From an uncultured Gemmataceae bacterium (GTDB lineage Bacteria; Planctomycetota; Planctomycetia; Gemmatales; Gemmataceae): a stretch of 64,000 nt of DNA. Numbering within the stretch: position 1 is the stretch's first letter; each line of letters starts with the position of its first letter. Positions 45,626 through 53,884 of this stretch are shown piece by piece. The DNA is taken from the NCBI GenBank assembly GCA_963750165.1, contig CAVVPN010000011.1, positions 160,001 to 224,000 on the forward strand, in the 5' to 3' direction. A program made the translations under genes and the position numbers. Under the pieces are notes generated by a model. It did not search any database. It was not told where the DNA came from and saw only the letters and a list, made by a program, of their open reading frames with translations.

Positions 45626-45788
45626 CGTGGAAGCCCGGCGACCGCCCTGCTAAAATGGCCTTGATCAGAGGCAAGGTAGGTAACCGAAGCGGCCTGAGTT
45701 ACCAATAACAGTTTAACCATGCCTAATAGAGACTAGAAGAAGATCGACGTAAGTAACAGAATGGAAGCCTGATAGGCTGAAAACAGCC

Positions 45789-47618
45789 TCAACCTACCCG
45801 GTAGTGTAACGGTAGCACAAGAGATTTTGGTTCTCTTTGTCCAGGTTCGAATCCTGGCCGGGTAACTTGATGCCTGGAAATGCCAGTCGATGCAACCCGC
45901 TGCACAGTCAGCGGGTTGTGTTGTTCCTGGGCCACCTCTTCTTTCTCCCCTACGGTGCCGGCAGGTGCCGTGAGATGCTTTTGGTTGCACGGAGTTTGTG
46001 CAACCAGTGTGCAACCAACACCGGCGCCATCTGCCCTGAGATCGTCCTTACCCGGCACCGAATGAAAATCGCTCGCGCGAGTTTCTCCCTCTGCATAGCC
46101 AACCGGCCCAGCCGGCCCGATTTGGGTTTCCCTCAGTGTTTTTCCAGGGTTTTCGTGGGTCGGTCGGATTTTCACCGCTGGCCCAACCGGCCCCTGAACC
46201 GGCCGGTCCGTGCCTGTCGCGGCCAGTCGGACGGGCTCCGCCGCCCCGGAGGCGCTGGCCGGAAGGAGGCTCGGCAGCTTCTCGACGGCCCCGGCCAGGT
46301 CGTGCAGTCGTCGGTGCGAATAACGAGCCGTCAACGTCGGCGTCGAGTGCCCGGCCAGTTCTTGCAGGGTCCGCAGGTCGATGCCGGCGCGGCCGCCCAG
46401 CGTCAGGTAGGAGTGGCGCAGGCTATGGAAGTCGGCGAATAGCGGGCCGTCGGCTCCCTCGACGGCGTAGGGGATGCCGGCCGTTTCCAGGTCGGCCCGC
46501 AGCATCTCCGCCGCCACCGAACGCCAGGCGCCGGGCCAGACGGGCAGGGCCCGGGGACGGCCGGCAAGGTAGCCGCGCAGGGTTGCGGCCACGTCGGCGG
46601 GGAGCGGTTGCACTTTTTGCCGCTTGTTCTTCGCCAGCCGCGCGGGCAGCACGACGGCGGGCACGTCGGCGTCGAGATCGAAATCGTTCGGTGTCAGTCC
46701 GGCCAGAGCGCGGGCACGGAAGCCTGTCCCGCACGCCATCAGGTACAGGGCCGCGCGGTCCGATCCGTTCAGCCCTCGGAATACCCGTTCGCTCGCCCCG
46801 GTGACGGCGAGCAATCTGCGGAGTTCATCCGCCGTCAGTTCGCGGCGGTCGTGTCTGCGGTCAGTCGCGGTGTTGAGCAGTGGCAGCCGGTCAAACGGGT
46901 TGGCGGGCAGGCGCTTGCCGGCAAGCCAGCGGCCGAAAGACCGGAGGGCCTGCGCGTTGTGGTTCGCCGTCTGCGGCGAGGCGCCCCGCGAGGCCCGTTC
47001 CAGCAGGGCAAGCACGGTCGCCCGCGGGTAACGGCGTGCGGGGCCTGCCCCGACGGCGGCCAGGCCGTGCCGGCGGATCGCCTTGGTGATTGACATGCGG
47101 CGAATGCCCAGCATCCGGGCCAGTTCCGCCATCGTGAACAACTCTTGCCCGTGGGGCAGTTCGGGGAGTTCGCGGTCGGCTCGCAGGGAAGTCAGCCACC
47201 CGGCGGCCTTGCCGGCGTCGAGGTCGGCCAACCAGATGGCGCCCGTGGCGTCGAAGAATGACCGGAGATGAGCGACCGTCTTTTGAACGTGCTGGGCACA
47301 GTCGCCCTTGGCCTGCAGCGCCGCGGCGAAATCGTCCAGGTGATCGGCCAGCGGCCGCTTGCGGTGTTCCTCGTAGGGGTCGGCCAGGCCGTGCTGACGC
47401 ATGGCGGCGTCGGTCAGCAGTTTGTTGAGCATTTGCTTGCTGCGGGCCAGGTCCGGGCACAGCGGGACGGCCTTACGCTTGCCGTTGGGCAGCGGCACCA
47501 AGCCGTAATACTTGCGCGATTCCTCGACGCGCTTGACGGCGCCGGGCGTGTCCGGGCTGCAGCGTTGCCCGTCCGGTGTGGCGTAGCGGACGGTATGTTT
47601 CTTGAACGGCGTGGCCAC
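45789..47618 (-). CDS. Tyrosine recombinase/integrase with internal HTH insertion
   Basis: GTGFRA (R), AKNK (K), FHSLRH (HxxR), LAGHS (H), ARYSH (Y); adjacent to and overlapping the t[12 protein letters not shown]. Confidence 0.93.
   Translation of the reverse strand: MATPFKKHTVRYATPDGQRCSPDTPGAVKRVEESRKYYGLVPLPNGKRKAVPLCPDLARSKQMLNKLLTDAAMRQHGLADPYEEHRKRPLADHLDDFAAALQAKGDCAQHVQKTVAHLRSFFDATGAIWLADLDAGKAAGWLTSLRADRELPELPHGQELFTMAELARMLGIRRMSITKAIRRHGLAAVGAGPARRYPRATVLALLERASRGASPQTANHNAQALRSFGRWLAGKRLPANPFDRLPLLNTATDRRHDRRELTADELRRLLAVTGASERVFRGLNGSDRAALYLMACGTGFRARALAGLTPNDFDLDADVPAVVLPARLAKNKRQKVQPLPADVAATLRGYLAGRPRALPVWPGAWRSVAAEMLRADLETAGIPYAVEGADGPLFADFHSLRHSYLTLGGRAGIDLRTLQELAGHSTPTLTARYSHRRLHDLAGAVEKLPSLLPASASGAAEPVRLAATGTDRPVQGPVGPAVKIRPTHENPGKTLRETQIGPAGPVGYAEGETRASDFHSVPGKDDLRADGAGVGCTLVAQTPCNQKHLTAPAGTVGEKEEVAQEQHNPLTVQRVASTGISRHQVTRPGFEPGQREPKSLVLPLHYRVG
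45795..45865 (+). tRNA. tRNA-Gln (anticodon UUG)
   Basis: Acceptor TACCCGG/CCGGGTA, D-arm GTGTAACGGTAGCAC, anticodon arm AGAGA-TTTTGGT-TCTCT, T-arm CCAGG-TTCGAAT-CCTGG; CCA not encoded. Confidence 0.95.
45982..46017. promoter_or_regulatory. Putative integrase arm-type binding sites
   Basis: GTGCAACCA direct copies at 45998-46006 and 46009-46017 and an inverted copy at 45982-45990. Confidence 0.55.
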
Positions 47619-47754
47619 GGGATGCGCTCCTTTGGTGAGAAGGCCGGGCCGCCGGTCCGCTTCTCACGACGAAGCCGGCGGCACACGGCCAAAGGATTCA
47701 ACTACAACACAAGTATAAACTTCGGGCGAGCCAATCAAAGGCCAGTAGGGGCAG

Positions 47755-48117
47755 TTAATGGCGCCGGCGTTTCGCCGCTCGGGCTCGCGCCAGGTAGTAG
47801 CAGCGCATCGGCCAGCGCTCCCGCTCCCGCAGCCTTCGCCACAGCTGCCGGGCCGCTTCTTCTGCCTGCACCTTCGCCTTGGTCGTCTGGAAGAACGCTT
47901 CGGCAGCGACGCGCATCGCCGCCACGAACGCGGCATCCCGTAGCCAGCGGTAGACCGTCGCCCGATGCACCCCCGCCAAGCGTGCAGCTGGGGCAATGGC
48001 CAGCCGCTGACGGTAGGCGTCGAGGAATCGACGTTGCCGCTCACTCAACGCTGGCGCGGGGTTAACATCGGTTAGCAATGTGTCGCATCTGTCGCACGGC
48101 GGAACGTCGGCAGTCAT
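47755..48117 (-). CDS. HTH protein (small-terminase N-terminal/phBC6A51-like HTH)
   Basis: LSERQRRFL...AARLAGVHRATVYRWLRDAAFVAA. Confidence 0.65.
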   Translation of the reverse strand: MTADVPPCDRCDTLLTDVNPAPALSERQRRFLDAYRQRLAIAPAARLAGVHRATVYRWLRDAAFVAAMRVAAEAFFQTTKAKVQAEEAARQLWRRLRERERWPMRCYYLARARAAKRRRH

Positions 48118-48245
48118 GTTTCACCCCCCGGTGGTCACCTCTCGGCCTCATCGTCGAATAGTCCAGGCTGACTCTCGCCCTTCCGTTGTGGTTGCCGACG
48201 GGGCAGCGCCTTCACCTCAAGGGCGCGGTCTTCCCTTGCGGCGGT

Positions 48246-48800
48246 CTACCGTCGCTTGCCGATCCTTTTCATAGCCCGTTTCACGGTGGCGAAATCCATC
48301 CCGGTGTCGGAGGCCAGCAGGCGGAACAGCGCGTCGTGCTTGCGGCTCTCCTGGCAGCTGGTGTAGGTCAGGTCGTGGCAGCGCCGGCAGCCGTAGTAGA
48401 CCGAGTGCGCCGCCAGGTACAGCTTGCCGACGCGCCGCCCGCACGGGCGGCCGTTCTTGCTCAGCGGGCAGAGGAACCACCAGCGCAGCCCCCCGAAGCG
48501 CGGCCGGGTCGTGGCCAGGCGGACGGTGTAGTCGAGGGCCTGCCCCGTCCTGGTCACGGTGTAATGGAGGCGCACCCAGGGGTTCGCCAGGTCGAGCGTG
48601 CAAACCTCGTAGCCGATGGACGACGCCGCCTTCGTCGGGCCGATCAGCCAGTTCCAGCCGCCGGATTGGTGGACGCCGGCGGCGAGAATCTTCTCGCGCG
48701 TCCAGCGGTTGGCGTCCAGGGCAAGGCACCCCTCGACGACCGCCTTTTTGCTGGGACGCCACCAGTGGTAATACGAGGCACCGCTTCCGAGTCCGCCCAC
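48246..48800 (-). CDS. Cys-rich hypothetical protein of a type seen in integrated elements
   Basis: MGGLGSG...RFGGLRWWFLCP...CGRRVGKLY...GCRRCHDLTYTSCQES. Confidence 0.75.
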   Translation of the reverse strand: MGGLGSGASYYHWWRPSKKAVVEGCLALDANRWTREKILAAGVHQSGGWNWLIGPTKAASSIGYEVCTLDLANPWVRLHYTVTRTGQALDYTVRLATTRPRFGGLRWWFLCPLSKNGRPCGRRVGKLYLAAHSVYYGCRRCHDLTYTSCQESRKHDALFRLLASDTGMDFATVKRAMKRIGKRR

Positions 48801-49038
48801 GGCTATGCCCTCCCCCGATTATTCCTAAATCATGTACAAAAACTGCCATCCCGTCTGACGGCTTTTTTGGGCTATACTTTTCGCGGCAATGGCTTACGTC
48901 GATTGTGAAGGCGGCGTCTTGGTGCGCCACCACGATCAGTTTTCTTCCGTTTTGATGCCCTTTTGTTGGCGTTTGATGGTCAATCCGCTGCCGATTCGCC
49001 ACCGGCGATGGCGTTTTGTGGGCGCATCCGCCATGCCG

Positions 49039-49455
49039 TTAGGGGGCTTTTGTTCGCAGGCCGCAGCCCGCGCAGGCGATGGTTTTCCGGCTGTCCGACC
49101 AGAAGCACGGGCCGCCACACCGCCGGCAATTCCGGGACGCCCGGGGCCGCCAGCTGGCCCAGTCACACCAGGGCCAGCGGCCGCAACGCCAGAACGGCAC
49201 CCCCCGCGCCGTCTTGCGGACCACCACGCGGGCGCGGCAGCGGGGGCAGTCGCGGCGCCAGTCCACCGACGGGCGATCTACAGCGGGCCGGGCGTGCTTG
49301 ACCCGGCGCAGGGCCTGGCGCAAATCCGGGTCGCTGGCTTGCCAGCGGCAGACCGTCGCCACATGCACTCCGGCCACCTTGGCGGCCTTCCGCAGCGTCA
49401 GCCCGGCCCGGCGCAGCCGCAGAAGTTTCTCAATGATCGGGTCCGCGGCGTTCAT
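49039..49455 (-). CDS. HTH + C4 Zn-finger protein
   Basis: TLRKAAKVAGVHVATVCRW; CPRC...FWRCGRWPWC (topoisomerase-type Zn ribbon); ATGA-coupled to the upstream gene. Confidence 0.65.
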   Translation of the reverse strand: MNAADPIIEKLLRLRRAGLTLRKAAKVAGVHVATVCRWQASDPDLRQALRRVKHARPAVDRPSVDWRRDCPRCRARVVVRKTARGVPFWRCGRWPWCDWASWRPRASRNCRRCGGPCFWSDSRKTIACAGCGLRTKAP

Positions 49456-49787
49456 CGGCCCTCCCCACCGTCCTGGAAAGCGTGTCCGCAGGCCACGCAA
49501 CGCAGGATGAAGTAACTCCCGGTGAGCCTGCCGCAGTCCACGCACAGGCGGTCGAAACACTTCGGGCAGCGCCGGGCCGAGTCCAGCGGCCAGCGGCAGG
49601 CCGGGCAGCGCTCCAGGCAGTCCGGCCCGGTCAACAGGCCGATCAATCCCGCCCGGTGCGCCTGGATCAGTTCAGCCTGCGGGGCGTTCACCAGGAAGGC
49701 CGGCCGCCAGCGCAGCCGGGCGCCGTCCGTATCCAGTTCGACGCCCCGGGAACGGAGGTCCGCCAGCAAGGCGGTTGCTTCGTTCAT
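49452..49787 (-). CDS. TubC-N-like docking domain + Zn-binding protein
   Basis: ALLADLRSRGVELDTDGARLRWRP...LIQAHRAGLIGLL, then CxxC pairs; ATGA-coupled to the primase stop. Confidence 0.65.
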   Translation of the reverse strand: MNEATALLADLRSRGVELDTDGARLRWRPAFLVNAPQAELIQAHRAGLIGLLTGPDCLERCPACRWPLDSARRCPKCFDRLCVDCGRLTGSYFILRCVACGHAFQDGGEGR

Positions 49788-52700
49788 TGCCAGCCCCCCC
49801 ACCCCTCAGATTGCGTCCCAGACAAGATTTCCTCGGCGTTCGTCTCCTCCCCCGGACGAGACCGGCCCTTTCGGCCCACGGGCACGTTTACCTCAAAAAT
49901 GGAAGGGTTGCCGTGGGCCGCTGCGCCGTTCCCGTTACCGTTCCCGGCCCACGGTTTCGGCCCATCCCTGTCGTCGGCCTCGTCCTCCGGGCCGGTTGGG
50001 CCGGTTGTCGGCGCGGGGGGCAAGCCAGCCCACGCGATGTGCAGCACGTCGCGGCGGGCGCCCTGCAGCGTCTTGCGAACCGTCAACTTCTTCCGCGTCG
50101 TGTCCGTCGTGGCCAATAGCTCCTGTTCCTTCAGGCGTCGGCGGAGGGTGTGCGGCGTGATGCTGAAACAGTCGTTCTGGTCGCGGGCGAACTGCTGCAC
50201 GGCCGCGAAACTCGCGTCCGGCTCCAGGTACAATTCTCCGTCCGCCAGCCAGCCGACGCACACCCGCTGCGGCTTGTACCGGGTTTCGGTGCTCTCGCCG
50301 GTGTAATACTTCTCGGGCCGCCAACCCCAGCGCTGCGGCTCGGCGGGTTGGTTGCCGTCCTGGTCGGCGACGTGGGCGTAGCCGCTCGCCACGGCCGCCG
50401 CCAGCAGCCGCAGGAACAGCCCGGCCGGCTCCACGGTGGCGAGTTGGCTTGCCTGGGACGCGCCGGCTTCCGCCAGGGCACCCCATCCCCGTCGCCAGTA
50501 GTCCGCCCGATCCTGCTCCGAAATCGCGCCCACGGCCCGCGCGTAGTCGAGCAAGTAGCGCAGGCCGAGGGCCAGGTCGGCGACGATGCCCGGGGTCCGG
50601 GCGTGTTGCCCCGCGCTCCGGGCCTGGTCCCGCAGCTGCGCCAGTTCGTTCCGCAGCCGTGCGCGCACCGCTTCATACTGCGGCGCCAGCCAGCAGAGGA
50701 AACCGGCCAGGGCCGCGGCGTACAGCCCGGCGGCCGCGTCGCGCTGGCAGGCGCTCAAGGTCGGGTTGGGGTCCGGGGGCAGCGGGCCGAAGTCGCCGGG
50801 GGAGATTTCCAGCACCAGCAGCCGGGCGCGCAGGGACTGGCCGCGGGGCGTATCCTCGCCGGTGGAAAGCGTCAGCCCGCGGGGCGGCTTCGCCGGCCGT
50901 AGCGTGGCGTCGGCCTTCATGCGCTGCCGGCCGGCCCGGTTGCCCTGGCCGCGGAACAGCCGGTCGGCTTCCTTGTGGTAGCGCTGCACGTCGGCAGCTG
51001 ATCCGGTGGGGCAGAAGTCGTCCACGACCAGCAGCGCGTCTTTCGCCGTGAAGGCCAGCCCCTCCAGCGCGTTGCCCGTGGAACTCCAGCTGGCCGGCAG
51101 GTGCCGCGCGTCCATCTCAGGGCCGAAGTGTTGCTGCGCCAGGGCGGCGGCCTCGGACTTGTAACAGCCCGTCGGCCCGGCCAGGTGCAGGGCGAAATCC
51201 GTGGACCCCAGCGCGGCGCGGTAGACCGCGGCCAGCAGCGGGAACGTCAACCGATCCGGGCCGAGCCGCAGCAGCCCCAGGCTGGCCCGAACGGCGCTGG
51301 TGAGTCCGGCCGCCTGTCGCGCCGCGGCGGCACCTAACTCGCCGGTCAGTTGAACGTCACCCGGTTGGAGAAGGGCAAGTGGATGCGGCAGGCGGAAGCC
51401 GGCCAGGGGTTCGGGGAGCGCCACCGGGATGGCGTCGGTCAGCCCGTCCGCGCCGATGGCGCCGCCGGCGTGCAGGTAGAACCAACTCCCGTCGATCTGC
51501 CGCCAGCCGGTGTGCCGGTAGATTGTGCGCCGCGGCACATCGCCGGACAGCAGCTGCAGGGCCGTGCGCAGGTGGTCCTTCGTCCCCATGCCGGCGTAGA
51601 CGACGGCCCGCGTCCCCCAGGCGGGAACGGTCCAGCCCATGCCGGCAAACTCCGCGGCCGGCACCTCAGCCCGCGGCAAGGGCGAGCCGTCGCGCAGCGC
51701 CCCTTGCAAGGCCAGGCTGCGCGCCTGCTCGGCACCGTCGTCGTGAACCACGTCCTCCACGATCCGGGCGGAGAAGTTGCAGAGCGGCACCGGGACCGGG
51801 CCGTCCTTCGTCTGCACGGTGCGGTAGACGCAGCCGTCTTGCTCGAAGTAGGTGGGAGATTCCGCGCCTTCCGCGGGCGCGGCCTGGCGACGGAAGGGCC
51901 GCAATGCTTTGTCCAGGTCGCGGAGGGAAACGCGCTCCCGAATGGACGCGCGAACCGCGGCGAAGCCGGCAGGATCAGCCCCAGCCAGGTCGGCCAGTGC
52001 CTGCATCAACGCCTTGTCGCGGAACAGCGCTTCCGCGCCACCGCCGTCCAGCACGTCCTGCAACCGGGCCAGTTCATCGGGTGGGGCAGGTTCCTCATCC
52101 GCGGTTGCAGCGGCCAGCGTTTCCCGGATCGCCTGCAGCGCGACATCCCCTTGCAGCAGTTCGGGCGCCTTGCCGGCCGCGAGCAGGTCGTCCAGCCCCT
52201 TGCCGTTTGCCCCGTCCCAGCGTTCCAACTCGACGGCAAAGCCGGCGGCGGTCAGGGCATCGGTGCAGGCCAGGAGCGCCCGCGCCACGGTGGGGTTGTC
52301 CCAGGCGTCGGCGTCGAAGGCCAGGCGAACCGTTTTGCAGCCCAACTCCTTCAGCACGGCCAGCGCCGGCCGCCAGTTGGTCGCGCCGGGGACGGAGAGC
52401 GTCGGCACGCCAGTTCGGGCCTGGGTAACATCAGCCTTCAGTTCGCCTTCGGTCAGTCGCGCCAACTCGGCCGCCTCGGGAGTTCCCAAGGGGACGTGAA
52501 TCGGAGAACCCGGCCCTGGGCCGCCATGCCCCGCGGAAGAAACGTAGACGTAGCGGCGGTTCTTTTCGTCCGCGTCGTCTCTGCGCACCTTGAGGGCGAT
52601 GATTCGCCCGGTGCGGTCGCGGCACGGGACGATTAACCCGACCGGGCCGCGCAGCGTCAGGTAGTGGCCCGACGGCCCTTCTTTGACCACGACGCCCGGC

Positions 52701-53143
52701 ACGCGCAACAGCTTGTCCCCGAAGCGCTCGCGCAGCTCCCGGACGACCCGCGGCCGCCCCTGGCGTGACAGTGTGCCGTACCCGGCCTTGTCGATTACCT
52801 CATCCGTCAGGCCCCGCCGTTGCAGCGCTTCACGGTGCGCCTTGCTGAGCGGCAGCCGGGCCAGCAGTGCCGAGTAGACCTCGTGCAACGTGTCGGCGTC
52901 CGCCCGCTTCGCTTCCGGCCCCGGCCGCGGTGTGGGCGCGGCCTCGGGCCGCGGGCCGTCCGCCAGGCGGTGGAGGAAGTAGCGGGCGCCGTTGCTGTCT
53001 TCCTTCGAGCGAAAGCTGCCGTCCTCGACGCGCATGCACTTGCAGACGGCCCCGTCCGCCGTAACGCTGCACCAATCCGCACACCCGCAGACGGGACAAG
53101 GGGCGGCCCGAGAAACCCGGACCCAGTTGCGTTTCGTGTTCAC
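49784..53143 (-). CDS. Primase-helicase (Zn finger + TOPRIM/DUF3854-like + DUF927-like + P-loop ATPase)
   Basis: CPVC..DWC; LTEGELKAD and AFDAD (TOPRIM); LCNFSARIVED, HTGWR; Walker A GPTGCYKS; Walker B LLVVDD; LSTGE. Confidence 0.85.
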   Translation of the reverse strand: MNTKRNWVRVSRAAPCPVCGCADWCSVTADGAVCKCMRVEDGSFRSKEDSNGARYFLHRLADGPRPEAAPTPRPGPEAKRADADTLHEVYSALLARLPLSKAHREALQRRGLTDEVIDKAGYGTLSRQGRPRVVRELRERFGDKLLRVPGVVVKEGPSGHYLTLRGPVGLIVPCRDRTGRIIALKVRRDDADEKNRRYVYVSSAGHGGPGPGSPIHVPLGTPEAAELARLTEGELKADVTQARTGVPTLSVPGATNWRPALAVLKELGCKTVRLAFDADAWDNPTVARALLACTDALTAAGFAVELERWDGANGKGLDDLLAAGKAPELLQGDVALQAIRETLAAATADEEPAPPDELARLQDVLDGGGAEALFRDKALMQALADLAGADPAGFAAVRASIRERVSLRDLDKALRPFRRQAAPAEGAESPTYFEQDGCVYRTVQTKDGPVPVPLCNFSARIVEDVVHDDGAEQARSLALQGALRDGSPLPRAEVPAAEFAGMGWTVPAWGTRAVVYAGMGTKDHLRTALQLLSGDVPRRTIYRHTGWRQIDGSWFYLHAGGAIGADGLTDAIPVALPEPLAGFRLPHPLALLQPGDVQLTGELGAAAARQAAGLTSAVRASLGLLRLGPDRLTFPLLAAVYRAALGSTDFALHLAGPTGCYKSEAAALAQQHFGPEMDARHLPASWSSTGNALEGLAFTAKDALLVVDDFCPTGSAADVQRYHKEADRLFRGQGNRAGRQRMKADATLRPAKPPRGLTLSTGEDTPRGQSLRARLLVLEISPGDFGPLPPDPNPTLSACQRDAAAGLYAAALAGFLCWLAPQYEAVRARLRNELAQLRDQARSAGQHARTPGIVADLALGLRYLLDYARAVGAISEQDRADYWRRGWGALAEAGASQASQLATVEPAGLFLRLLAAAVASGYAHVADQDGNQPAEPQRWGWRPEKYYTGESTETRYKPQRVCVGWLADGELYLEPDASFAAVQQFARDQNDCFSITPHTLRRRLKEQELLATTDTTRKKLTVRKTLQGARRDVLHIAWAGLPPAPTTGPTGPEDEADDRDGPKPWAGNGNGNGAAAHGNPSIFEVNVPVGRKGRSRPGEETNAEEILSGTQSEGWGGWQ

Positions 53144-53221
53144 GTCTGGTAAACTCTCGTGTGGGTATCAAGCCTGTTCGGTGATGCGCCCAGCGATCTT
53201 CGCTGGGCGTGTCCGTTTCGT

Positions 53222-53289
53222 TGGGGCGGCCGGAAGTCGAACCGGAGAACAGGGGTATCAAGCCCGCTCGGCGACCACGCACCCACCCC
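53222..53289 (-). ncRNA. tRNA-like cloverleaf (not a canonical tRNA)
   Basis: GGGGUGG/CCGCCCC acceptor, GCG-UGGU-CGC mini D-arm, GAGCGGG-CUUGAUACC-CCUGUUC arm, CCGG-UUCGACUU-CCGG T-arm. Confidence 0.6.
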
Positions 53290-53308
53290 ACAATGCACTT
53301 TCTCGAAC

Positions 53309-53590
53309 TCAACGTTTGGCGGCCTGTTTTTGCAGAACGGCCCATCGGTCGTGGTCGGGCAAGCCGGCCCGCACCCATTCGCGCACGACTTCGGTCTGAA
53401 ACAGCACGCGCCGGCCCGCGACTACGCGACCGGGGATGTCGCGCGCGGCGTCCATGCGTCGCAACGTTCGGACCCCAAGGCCGGTCAGGGTGGCAAGTTC
53501 GGCAACGTCCACTAACAACTTGTCTGCCAGCGAGAGAACCGGGGCCTTGTCCTCCGACGGCGCGGTAAAGGGAATGATGTCAGTCGGCAT
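53309..53590 (-). CDS. AlpA/excisionase-like HTH protein
   Basis: LLVDVAELATLTGLGVRTLRRMDAARDIP...GRRVLF..EVVREWVRAG. Confidence 0.85.
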   Translation of the reverse strand: MPTDIIPFTAPSEDKAPVLSLADKLLVDVAELATLTGLGVRTLRRMDAARDIPGRVVAGRRVLFQTEVVREWVRAGLPDHDRWAVLQKQAAKR

Positions 53591-53765
53591 GGTACACCTC
53601 CCGACGGTGTTCCGAACGATTCGACGAGGTGTTCCGCGCCTGAGCGGTCTGGGCCAGGCGCAGCAGCCGGCGTAGCAGGGCCAGCTCTCGGTAGAGCCGG
53701 CCCATGTAGGTGTGGATGTCCCCGGGCGCGGGCAGGTGGTCCAGGGGGGAAGGGTCGGTATGCAT
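53580..53765 (-). CDS. Small hypothetical protein (61 aa)
   Basis: GGAGG RBS before ATG 53765; MHTDPSPLDHLP...ELALLRRLLRLA; overlaps the AlpA-like start. Confidence 0.6.
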   Translation of the reverse strand: MHTDPSPLDHLPAPGDIHTYMGRLYRELALLRRLLRLAQTAQARNTSSNRSEHRREVYHAD

Positions 53766-53884
53766 GGTGCCTCCAGAACAAGGGGGTCTTGATCTGGAGG
53801 CAGTATGACTGAAGCGCCGCCGACGAACCAACGACGCTATCTGTCGGTTTGATCGTCGGTGAATCGTCGGCGGCTCGTCCGGCG

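Noticed and set aside
53222..53289. Functional canonical tRNA gene
   Set aside because: D-arm too short, 7-bp stem with 9-nt loop in place of an anticodon arm, 4-bp T-stem; kept only as tRNA-like.
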